Positions 18,701-26,725 of a stretch of DNA of 43,613 nucleotides are shown in pieces. Position 1 is the first letter of the stretch. Every line of letters begins with the position of its first letter. The translations under genes and the position numbers were made by a program. A model generated the notes under the pieces. It ran no database searches and had not been told where the DNA came from. It saw only the letters and a program-made list of their open reading frames with translations. Source of the stretch: Candidatus Daviesbacteria bacterium (GTDB taxonomy: Bacteria; Patescibacteriota; Microgenomatia; Daviesbacterales; UBA10151); contig JAUSKZ010000034.1 in assembly GCA_030646805.1 (NCBI GenBank), positions 1 to 43,613 of the forward strand, written 5' to 3'.

Positions 18701-19053
18701 AATTTTTTTCTTTGTCTCCAGGCGCCTAAGTTAATTATTGGGGTATCGGTGTATTTATTATCAATGGGCAGCTCGGGATTTTTGGTTGAGTTTTCCAGAA
18801 GTATGGATATCAAGGCTTGCAGGTCTTCTAGTCCTTGGCGGGAGTTGGTGTCCACTTGTTTTGAAAAACGCTCTCTATCTTCTGGGGAAGCGTTGGGGTC
18901 GTTTGCCAACTCACTCATGCCGGGAACCGTCTGAAGGGTTTGGTAGGGTCCTTCGCGGATTGTATAGGCCACTATCTTTATTAGTTCAGCAGGGTCGATT
19001 TTTTTCCATTCAACCGTAGGTGGTGAACCTTTTTCAGCAGTTGTGTCTGACAT
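18685..19053 (-). CDS. hypothetical acidic protein
   Basis: 122-aa ORF with ordinary composition and its own promoter-like element. The + strand ORFs over the same DNA are W/R/C-rich shadows. Confidence 0.55.
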   Translation of the reverse strand: MSDTTAEKGSPPTVEWKKIDPAELIKIVAYTIREGPYQTLQTVPGMSELANDPNASPEDRERFSKQVDTNSRQGLEDLQALISILLENSTKNPELPIDNKYTDTPIINLGAWRQRKKLLQFS

Positions 19054-19059
19054 ATCTGC

Positions 19060-19089
19060 ATTTTACAACCACCATTTGATCTATTACAA
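19060..19089 (-). promoter_or_regulatory. TTGTAA-N18-TAAAAT promoter for the 18685..19053 gene
   Basis: Read on the minus strand. The -10 (19060-19065) ends 6 nt before ATG 19053. Confidence 0.5.
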
Positions 19090-19090
19090 T
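19062..19090 (+). promoter_or_regulatory. TTTACA-N17-TACAAT promoter for the DNA ligase gene
   Basis: The -10 ends 7 nt before ATG 19098. Confidence 0.6.
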
Positions 19091-19097
19091 CCTTAAG

Positions 19098-20861
19098 ATG
19101 AGATTTTCAAAATTAGCTGAATATTTAGAGAAGTTGGAAGCCACCCCCTCCAGGCTATCTTTAATTAATATTTTATCCGAGTTGTTTTTAGTGGTAGAAG
19201 AAAAAGAGATCGCCAAGGTGGTTTATTTGATTTCCGGCCGGGTGGCCCCTTTTTATCTGCCAATCGAGATGGGGATGGCGGAGAAAAATATCGCGGCCTC
19301 CATAGCCCGGGCATATGGGGTAGAGCGTGAAGAAGTTTTAAGAAGATATGGTCAGGTAGGGGATTTAGGTAAAGTGGCAGAGGAGTTGAGTTCAAAGTTA
19401 AAAATTCAAAGTTCAAAATTGGAAGTCAGTGATGTATTTAATACTTTGCTGGAGATCGCGAAATCAACCGGAGAGGGAACGGTGGAGAAAAAAGTCTCAG
19501 CTTTATCAGGTTTGCTCATAAAGGTTGATCCAATCTCGGTCAAACATTTAGTTAGGATTCCCCTGGGGACCTCTAGGCTGGGGATTGGAGACCCAACTAT
19601 TTTAGACGGTTTTGCCCAAAGTAAACTCGGGGACCGTAAAAACCGCAAAGTCTTAGAGGGTGCTTACAATAAAACCTCAGATCTAGGATTAATCGGTGAG
19701 ACTTTATGGCGGGAGGGTCAAAAAGGGGTTGAGAAGCTAGATGTTACGGTTGGTAGGCCGATCAGGTCGCAGCTGGCTGAAAGGTTGCCGGACCCTAAAA
19801 CAATCTTGGAAAAATTTGCGGGAGTAGCTCACGTTCAATTTAAATATGACGGCTTTAGAGTCCAAATTCACAAGCAAGGCAAAACAGTCAGGTTGTTTTC
19901 CCGGAATTTAGAGGAGACAACCTTGATGTTTCCGGAGTTAATCGAAGGGACGTTGAATCAGATTAAAGCCAACGAGGTAATTTTAGATTCGGAAGCCCTG
20001 GCTTTTAATCCGGAATCGGAGGAGTTTTTACCCTTTCAAGAAACCACTAAAAGAAGGAGGAAGTATGGGATAGAGGAGATGCAAAAAAAGCTGCCTCTTA
20101 AAGCCTTTGTTTTTGACATTATGTATTTAGATGGTAAGTCCTTAATTAATACACCTCTTAAAACTCGGATGGAGTTGTTAAAGAAGACCATCGCCGGGGA
20201 CGAGATCCTCAAGATCGAAGATCGCAAGGATGTAATCCTTATCCCTCAACCTGGTGAAATTACTGACTCCGTGGAGAGAGTGGACTTGCTGTTTAATGAT
20301 GCTTTATCAAAAGGTTTGGAAGGGTTGATTGTCAAACGGCCGGACTCAGTTTATGAGGCTGGAGCCAGAAACTTTAATTGGGTAAAGCTCAAGAGGCACT
20401 CCTCAGGCGAGCTCCAGGATACTATCGATTGTGTAATTTTGGGATACGTTTTTGGCCGAGGCAAAAGAGCTGATTTTGGTGCCGGAGCTTTATTGGTCGG
20501 TGTTTACGATCAGGAAAAAGATGAATTCGTGACGGTTTCCAAGATTGGGACGGGGTTAACTGATGAAGAGTGGCGGGAGATTCACAAAAGGGCTGATAAA
20601 ATAAAAGTTGATAAAAAACCAGCTCGGGTTAACTCAATTTTGGAGCCCTCTGTTTGGGTTAAGCCTGAGATTGTGATTGAGGTCTTGGCAGATGAGATCA
20701 CCAGGTCCCCAGTTCATACAGCTGGGAAAAGCGAGACTGAGCCTGGCTATGCCTTGCGATTTCCCAGGTTAGTCAGATTTAGAGAAGGGGATAAGCGACC
20801 GGAAGATAGTACTACAGTAGATGAGCTTGTTAAACTATTTGGACAGCAGTTTAAAAAATAA
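19098..20861 (+). CDS. lig: ATP-dependent DNA ligase, three-domain archaeal/eukaryotic Lig1-like
   Basis: Adenylation motif I KYDGFRVQIH, SRNLEE, LDSEALAF, EGLIVK, NWVKLK. An N-terminal ~230-aa DNA-binding-domain-sized region and a C-terminal OB region. 587 aa. Confidence 0.92.
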   Translation: MRFSKLAEYLEKLEATPSRLSLINILSELFLVVEEKEIAKVVYLISGRVAPFYLPIEMGMAEKNIAASIARAYGVEREEVLRRYGQVGDLGKVAEELSSKLKIQSSKLEVSDVFNTLLEIAKSTGEGTVEKKVSALSGLLIKVDPISVKHLVRIPLGTSRLGIGDPTILDGFAQSKLGDRKNRKVLEGAYNKTSDLGLIGETLWREGQKGVEKLDVTVGRPIRSQLAERLPDPKTILEKFAGVAHVQFKYDGFRVQIHKQGKTVRLFSRNLEETTLMFPELIEGTLNQIKANEVILDSEALAFNPESEEFLPFQETTKRRRKYGIEEMQKKLPLKAFVFDIMYLDGKSLINTPLKTRMELLKKTIAGDEILKIEDRKDVILIPQPGEITDSVERVDLLFNDALSKGLEGLIVKRPDSVYEAGARNFNWVKLKRHSSGELQDTIDCVILGYVFGRGKRADFGAGALLVGVYDQEKDEFVTVSKIGTGLTDEEWREIHKRADKIKVDKKPARVNSILEPSVWVKPEIVIEVLADEITRSPVHTAGKSETEPGYALRFPRLVRFREGDKRPEDSTTVDELVKLFGQQFKK

Positions 20862-20865
20862 GAAT

Positions 20866-20894
20866 TTGACAAGGTCTTGTGCTTGGAGTAGACT
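20866..20894 (+). promoter_or_regulatory. TTGACA-N17-TAGACT promoter for the Clp_N gene
   Basis: Consensus -35. The -10 ends 8 nt before ATG 20903. Confidence 0.6.
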
Positions 20895-20902
20895 CACCTC
20901 AA

Positions 20903-21460
20903 ATGTTACGAATAGAAGGTTCAACCATAACAACTGAACTAGGGGTGCTCCAGTCTCTTGGAGCTGTTGTTGCTTTGGAACGCGCCGAGAGAATAGCCAT
21001 AAGGAGAGGTGATCTTACTGTTGCCACTACTCATCTACTAAGGGCTTTGGTGAGTGGGGATTGTGTAGGATTCGATAGATTAAGTTTGTTGGAGAGTTGT
21101 GGAGGGAAAAGAGATGTAGAAATGGTGGGATTACTTTATCTTGTTCATTTTTTACCAGAGATTAGGATTCCTAGATTAGACTTTACTCCAGAACTTTATC
21201 GAACTTTTAAAACTGCTGCTTGTGAGGCAACTCAAAATGAGCTGGGTTATCTATACAGTGATCATCTACTGAGGGCAATTGCTTTAAATACTGGTTGCGA
21301 GGCAAATTCTGTTTTGGCCAAATTAGGGGTTGATAGGGAACGCTTGGCGCAAGCAGCAGCTCCTCCGGAATTAAAATTAAAGTGGGGATATACTTACTCC
21401 CCAAAGAAAGATGTTTTAGATAAGTTCGAACGTGTTTTAACTGGACCTGGAAGTAATTAA
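20903..21460 (+). CDS. stand-alone Clp_N (double Clp repeat) domain protein
   Basis: Two repeats with the Clp N-domain signature (TTHLLRALV and SDHLLRAIAL). I prefer the ATG at 20903 over the listed GTG at 20879, because TTGACA-N17-TAGACT occupies 20866-20894. Confidence 0.6.
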   Translation: MLRIEGSTITTELGVLQSLGAVVALERAERIAIRRGDLTVATTHLLRALVSGDCVGFDRLSLLESCGGKRDVEMVGLLYLVHFLPEIRIPRLDFTPELYRTFKTAACEATQNELGYLYSDHLLRAIALNTGCEANSVLAKLGVDRERLAQAAAPPELKLKWGYTYSPKKDVLDKFERVLTGPGSN

Positions 21461-21565
21461 CTTTCATAGACTTCTTCGGATAAACTGTTTCTAAGTTTAA
21501 ACTCTCACTAATTTGTAACATCTATTTTACTTAAAGTCTTCTATCAGATAATATGATGTTTAAAG

Positions 21566-22150
21566 ATGAAATTAATTATCGGACTTGGTAATCCGGGAGA
21601 AAAATATATCTTCACCCGTCATAACTTAGGCTTTATGGCCTTGGATGAGTATGTTAAAAAACACTCTGGTCCAAAATATGAATGGAAGTTAGAAAAAAAG
21701 TTTAAATCAGAAGTTTTTAAATTGGGGGAGCTACTTTTAGTAAAACCCCAAACTCATATGAACGCCTCCGGGGTAGCTGCTGGCTTACTTAAGAGTTTTT
21801 TCAAAATAAAAGTGGAAGATATTATTGTCATCCACGATGATTTGGATCTGCCTTTAGGCAAGATTAGGCTGCGGGTTGGAGGATCAGGGGGAGGGCATCA
21901 CGGAGTGGAGGACATAATTTTTACTTTAGGTGAAGATAACTTCACCAGAATACGCTTAGGTATTGGTAATATCAAAAGTAAAAGTGGAGAACACAATCAG
22001 ATTAGTTTTGAGGCGGAGAAGTTCGTAGTTGATAATTTTATCTCTAGTGAAAAATCAAAAGTAAAACAGATGTTAAAAAAAACAACCGAAGCCTTGGATT
22101 TAATTTTAGAAAAGGGGATTGAAGTTGCTCAAAATCAATTGAACCAATAA
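21566..22150 (+). CDS. pth: peptidyl-tRNA hydrolase
   Basis: GLGNPGEKYIFTRHNLGF, HMNASG, HDDLDLPLGKIRL. Confidence 0.93.
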   Translation: MKLIIGLGNPGEKYIFTRHNLGFMALDEYVKKHSGPKYEWKLEKKFKSEVFKLGELLLVKPQTHMNASGVAAGLLKSFFKIKVEDIIVIHDDLDLPLGKIRLRVGGSGGGHHGVEDIIFTLGEDNFTRIRLGIGNIKSKSGEHNQISFEAEKFVVDNFISSEKSKVKQMLKKTTEALDLILEKGIEVAQNQLNQ

Positions 22151-22161
22151 TCAGTTGCAAA

Positions 22162-22190
22162 TTGACAAGGGTAGTAAAAGCTAGTATTCT
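22162..22190 (+). promoter_or_regulatory. TTGACA-N17-TATTCT promoter for the DsbA-like gene
   Basis: Consensus -35. The -10 ends 9 nt before ATG 22200. Confidence 0.6.
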
Positions 22191-22199
22191 CAGTTAGTC

Positions 22200-22949
22200 A
22201 TGTCGTCCCAAGAAAAATCTCTCTCTGTCCCGGTAGCTGTGGTCATCGGCAGTTTGGTTATAAGCGCCTCGATCCTTTTATCCGGCGGGATAATTAGTAT
22301 TAAAGGGGTTGGCGGGAAGGCGGACACAACTGCCTCAGCTACCGCCCCGGTTGCTCAACCTCAAGTTGGCTCTGACACTAGAAAATCATCAGATCAAATT
22401 ACCCAAGGACTAAAAAGTTTAGCCGTCAAAGCGGGGGTGCAACAGCTAAAGTTTGACAGCTGTCTGGATTCGGGAGAAAAAGCAACAAAGGTTAAAGCTG
22501 ACTTTGACGAAGGGGCAAGTCTGGGTGTCCAGGGAACTCCGGCGTTTTTTGTTAACGGCAAACCGTTATTTATTGGTGCCTCACCCTTTACTGAATTTAA
22601 AAAAGTTATCGATGATGAAATCGCGGGTCTCACCAAGGCTGAAGATAAAAAAGAGGTTGGAGTTGGGGACTTGCCGATATTGGGCAATGAGAGCGCTAAG
22701 GTGACCTTGATTGAGTTTTCCGATTATGAGTGTCCGTTTTGTTCCAGGTTTCACACCGATGCTTTTAAACAGATTAAGAGTGAGTATATTGATACCGGAA
22801 AAGTTAAGTTCTATTACCGGGATTATCCTTTAGCCCAAATTCACCCCGGCGCCCAAAAAGCGGCTGAGGCAACCAGGTGTGCAGCTGATCAAGGAAAGTT
22901 CTGGGAGTACCACAGTCTAGTTTTTGAAAACCAAACAGCTATTTTCTAA
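22200..22949 (+). CDS. membrane-anchored DsbA-like thiol:disulfide oxidoreductase with permuted segment order
   Basis: N-terminal TM anchor. CPFC active site in TLIEFSDYECPFCSRF near the C-terminal half. The GVQGTPAFFVNGK (cis-Pro loop) segment lies N-terminal to it. Confidence 0.8.
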   Translation: MSSQEKSLSVPVAVVIGSLVISASILLSGGIISIKGVGGKADTTASATAPVAQPQVGSDTRKSSDQITQGLKSLAVKAGVQQLKFDSCLDSGEKATKVKADFDEGASLGVQGTPAFFVNGKPLFIGASPFTEFKKVIDDEIAGLTKAEDKKEVGVGDLPILGNESAKVTLIEFSDYECPFCSRFHTDAFKQIKSEYIDTGKVKFYYRDYPLAQIHPGAQKAAEATRCAADQGKFWEYHSLVFENQTAIF

Positions 22950-25020
22950 CCTTGTAGATTTGGGTTTCCCCACTTTGGAAGACCAGCTCCCCAATTTCCA
23001 GAAACTTTTGAATAAATATTTGCGGAAGTTTTTGTTTTTCCAAACTGCCAACAATGATATATTCGATCTTATATTTATTAATTAGACTCAAGGTTGATTT
23101 TAAATCTTTTGATTCATAGATAGTTTTGATATCGGATCCGCGAGCGTTGACCTCGTCAGGCTTACCCCGCCAAAGCCACTCATGAACTGGCCAGCCAGCT
23201 ACGGTCGGTAAGCCAGTATTTGAAGAGATTCTCTCGTAATCTGTGTAAGAATCTCCTTGGGCTTCTAAGATAATTGGTTGGTTTGAAACGTTTTGGTTTA
23301 ACCAATGGATAGCCTCAAAATCTCCAGGGTGAAGATTCTTTAGATACTCTAAGCCGTCCAATCCTTGAGGATTTTTTAAATTTCCATAATAAGAGCTGAT
23401 GGCAAAATAAGGATAGATGGCGACCAAGATAAATAGGCCATAAATAAAAAGCCAAAAAACTCTAGGGATATTTTTTAGTAAAAAAATTCTGACTAACATA
23501 TAGGCACTGCTGACCCCCAAGATCATAAAAGCCTGATAGCCAAATTTAAAAACGGTATTGGCCCGGTAGTGGGCTGGATAAATGTCTTTAACATAAACCA
23601 TCTCGGGGATTAAAATTAATAGGAATGAGAAAATAGCCGTGATGGTAACAAACAAGTCAGTCCGATTTTTGGGTTCAGTACGGAGCTTTTTTAAAGCCAG
23701 TAGAAAAACTGTAAAAATTGTTAGGGGAAATCCCCACAAAATTCCCAACATCCATAAAGGGGAGCGGGCGCAGTGATTTGACTCAAAAAGGAATGGACCA
23801 ATCTTGCCTATCTCAGTCAAAAATCCAGGTGCACAAATAACCCCTATTCCGGAGCCAAAGGGTTTAAAGTTTAACCAAAAAGGCAGTGAGATCAGGATGG
23901 CAAAAAAGATGACTAGAAAGACTTTGGATAAAGATCCTAGTAATGTCTTCTTAAGTGAGCTCGAGGTTTCCCCAAAGCCCAAAAAGATTAAGAGCGCCAA
24001 AAGATATATCGGACCGTCCAAGATATTGGTCATTAAAAATAGCCCCACTAAAAATCCTAAGATACCCAAATCTAAAAGCTTAACTTTTTGGTGAAAGATT
24101 TTAATCAAAAAGGCCAGGTATAGTAGAACCTGGGGGATATTTAAAACATGGCCGTGTAGATCTGAGACCACAAATGAGTAGATCGGAAACTCGTGAATAG
24201 TTAAGGGGATAAACCGAGTAGCGTTAGGATACCAGTAACCGTTGAAGTTAAACTCGAGCGGTAGTTGCCAAAAAGGCACCGGTAGGTCAGGATTGTAACT
24301 TTGAAAGAAGATATAGATTGGGTGCAGGTTGCCTCCTAAAGCCACCAAAAAAGCACCTAATAGGCCTGCTGCTATCCCAAGCCTCAAGTTAGGTGAAATC
24401 TTCCCAACCAGGTTTAAGCTTAAGCTGAACGAGCCGACAAAAGTTATAGCAAAAAGGGTGGCCACCATCAGGTTATAACCGACAAAGGTTGAAACCCCGG
24501 AAAGTAAGATTAAAACCGCTGTTGAGAGATGTCCAAAATAGTAATAATTTATGGGGTAGGGAGGTAGCCAAAGATCAGTTGGCGGAAAGTAGGAACTCCG
24601 GAGTATTGAGTTAATAAAACCAAAGTCCATGAACTTTTCAAGGCCATGAATTGAAGGCTCAAAGGAGCGGACAAAAGCCCAAGAGGCGAGAGCCACGAAA
24701 AAAAGTATCTCTTCGAATATTATAAGTGATAAGGTTTGGCGGTTTATCTCAATTGGAAAACGGTAAAGGAGAAAAAGGTTCGAGGCAAGCAGTAAAAAAA
24801 CGATCCCAAATATGAGGGTTGGATTAAAGGGCAGAAGTCCTAAGCTAGGGATAAGCCAGGTTAAATAGGAAGTTAAAACCAGTCCGATAATTTTTGAAAA
24901 GATATATCCCCGGTCTGAAAAACTTCTAAATAACCAAAAAGTTAAAGGTAAGACCGTAATTCCAGTTAGGAAAAGGACCCCCCAAAAAGTAAAAAGCGAT
25001 AATATATCTTGGGTAATCAT
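22939..25020 (-). CDS. DUF2298 (chlor_Arch_YYY) large polytopic membrane protein
   Basis: 693 aa, many TM helices, characteristic PINYYYFGH motif, and a C-terminal soluble domain. Confidence 0.7.
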   Translation of the reverse strand: MITQDILSLFTFWGVLFLTGITVLPLTFWLFRSFSDRGYIFSKIIGLVLTSYLTWLIPSLGLLPFNPTLIFGIVFLLLASNLFLLYRFPIEINRQTLSLIIFEEILFFVALASWAFVRSFEPSIHGLEKFMDFGFINSILRSSYFPPTDLWLPPYPINYYYFGHLSTAVLILLSGVSTFVGYNLMVATLFAITFVGSFSLSLNLVGKISPNLRLGIAAGLLGAFLVALGGNLHPIYIFFQSYNPDLPVPFWQLPLEFNFNGYWYPNATRFIPLTIHEFPIYSFVVSDLHGHVLNIPQVLLYLAFLIKIFHQKVKLLDLGILGFLVGLFLMTNILDGPIYLLALLIFLGFGETSSSLKKTLLGSLSKVFLVIFFAILISLPFWLNFKPFGSGIGVICAPGFLTEIGKIGPFLFESNHCARSPLWMLGILWGFPLTIFTVFLLALKKLRTEPKNRTDLFVTITAIFSFLLILIPEMVYVKDIYPAHYRANTVFKFGYQAFMILGVSSAYMLVRIFLLKNIPRVFWLFIYGLFILVAIYPYFAISSYYGNLKNPQGLDGLEYLKNLHPGDFEAIHWLNQNVSNQPIILEAQGDSYTDYERISSNTGLPTVAGWPVHEWLWRGKPDEVNARGSDIKTIYESKDLKSTLSLINKYKIEYIIVGSLEKQKLPQIFIQKFLEIGELVFQSGETQIYKVRK

Positions 25021-25586
25021 TTCTTTAAGTAAAGTCTAATATCCGACACACTTGCCAAGACTGGAATTCCGAATTTGGTCTGGCCCTTAAATTTTGGGTT
25101 GTACCAAAGAAGTTTAGTTTTTATATCTTTGCTCTTTAAGTACTTTAAAAGCCTTAAATCATCATCTAAATAAATATCTAAATTTAACTCTTTGATTTTT
25201 TGTTCTTTAAATTTGTGAGGTTGCAGGTCTTTATTGTTTAAGTAAATTGCAGTAAAGGGAGTAATCAAATCGTATTTCCCCAAAATCTTGAGAGTTAAAT
25301 TTTCTAAAAATTTATAGCGGCTGGAGATTAAATAAAGAGAGTGACCTCCGAGGCTGCTTAAAAACATCGCGTTTGAGGTAATCTTGGGGCGTAAAAAATC
25401 TAGGTGGGACAATCTTCTAATCAATCTCTCCAGACCTGGTTTGGGGATATGGTATGAAAGTTGAGAATTAGTGTTTTTCCGGAATAAGTCTTTTGGACTG
25501 TGTCTATATAACCAATCGATAGTTTGGGTTGGGATAAAAGGGGGATAATCAATAAAGATCTTATCAAGATCAAAGCCAATCCGCAT
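25017..25586 (-). CDS. hypothetical protein, possibly HAD-like
   Basis: N-terminal MRIGFDLDKIF resembles HAD motif I (DxD). LISSR and YLDDD resemble motifs II/IV. Weak assignment. 4-nt overlap with the downstream gene. Confidence 0.4.
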   Translation of the reverse strand: MRIGFDLDKIFIDYPPFIPTQTIDWLYRHSPKDLFRKNTNSQLSYHIPKPGLERLIRRLSHLDFLRPKITSNAMFLSSLGGHSLYLISSRYKFLENLTLKILGKYDLITPFTAIYLNNKDLQPHKFKEQKIKELNLDIYLDDDLRLLKYLKSKDIKTKLLWYNPKFKGQTKFGIPVLASVSDIRLYLKK

Positions 25587-25646
25587 AATTAGGGTTAATC
25601 AAAAGCGTATCGGGTTTGGTTTAAAAAAACAACCATCAGACACTAC

Positions 25647-26699
25647 TTAAAAGGATTGGAAAAAATGTCCCCAATCAGTTTTTAAAAATTCTCCAACTTT
25701 ACCCTTACCAACCAAATTCCACCAATAATAATCACGGTAGAGCTTTTGAATAACAGATCCACGGATAATCGGTGACCGAAGGAGAAGTTTTTCGATCCAG
25801 AAGGGGCTCCTGGACATTAGTCTGATTGACCTGGAAGCAAAATTGTCACGTCTTCGAAAGTGCCAATTAATTTTGGAGATATCAAGTCCTACTACTTTGA
25901 TTTTTTTGGGGCTAGCTTTTCCTAAACCTTGATCCTCGGCCAGACTTAAATAGTCGGTTTTTAAAGGATTAAAGCCCATCATTTTAACAGCGGTAGAATC
26001 TAAAGCGACTGGATCAACACTTCCTAAAATATAATTTTTAATCTCCCAGTCACCAGAAGGTAGGTAAGCCTCCTTGCCAACTATGGTTGCATCCATCACC
26101 GAAAAACTTCCTGGGTGAACCTCTCTTTGAATTACCAAGAGATCAATTAAAATCTGATTTAGAACCCGGAAGTTATAATCTTTTTTAGAATCTAAAATTC
26201 CAAAATAATTTTTAACCGCCCCATTAATAGTTGTTCTTGCGCTCATCCCGAGAGTTGAAAGAGTGATCAGATTTTTCCCGACAATGATTTTTGGTAACTT
26301 AATTTTATTACCTAAAACCGAAAGTTCAGAGCTTATTTTTACGTCGACATATTTCTCCTGTGAAAGATGATGCAATTTAACGCCGTATTTTTTTAAAATA
26401 CTGGACCACTTATTATTAATTGAAATTTTAAGACTTTGACTTGAGCTATCTTCGATAGCAATAATATCTTTAGGTTTTATCCCGTCTGAAATTAAAGTTT
26501 TGATTACCCCTTCAAGTTGCCAAGGTGGGGTAGAGGAAGCAGGATAAAATCTCTCACCAGCTTGGTTGAGTTTTAAAACTATCGGCAGACCCTTTTTTAA
26601 CCCTTTTAAATATTGGGCTTTTTGTAAAAGCTTTTGGTAGTCAGTAATAACTTTTTTAGGACTGGTTGTCGCAATATATACTCTTGACATAAATTTCAA
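25647..26699 (-). CDS. DUF362-like protein
   Basis: LPIVLKLNQAGERFYPASSTPPWQLEGVIKTL resembles the DUF362 core (KpN...T.P.vv.avv). From memory, moderate confidence. Confidence 0.5.
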   Translation of the reverse strand: MKFMSRVYIATTSPKKVITDYQKLLQKAQYLKGLKKGLPIVLKLNQAGERFYPASSTPPWQLEGVIKTLISDGIKPKDIIAIEDSSSQSLKISINNKWSSILKKYGVKLHHLSQEKYVDVKISSELSVLGNKIKLPKIIVGKNLITLSTLGMSARTTINGAVKNYFGILDSKKDYNFRVLNQILIDLLVIQREVHPGSFSVMDATIVGKEAYLPSGDWEIKNYILGSVDPVALDSTAVKMMGFNPLKTDYLSLAEDQGLGKASPKKIKVVGLDISKINWHFRRRDNFASRSIRLMSRSPFWIEKLLLRSPIIRGSVIQKLYRDYYWWNLVGKGKVGEFLKTDWGHFFQSF

Positions 26700-26725
26700 G
26701 CAGTTTATCAGGATTTATTAAAAAA

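Noticed and set aside
18738-19019. Plus-strand ORFs 18738..19019 and 18749..18934
   Set aside because: They are W/R/C/L-rich and implausible as proteins. The minus-strand 122-aa ORF over the same DNA has normal composition and a well-placed promoter.
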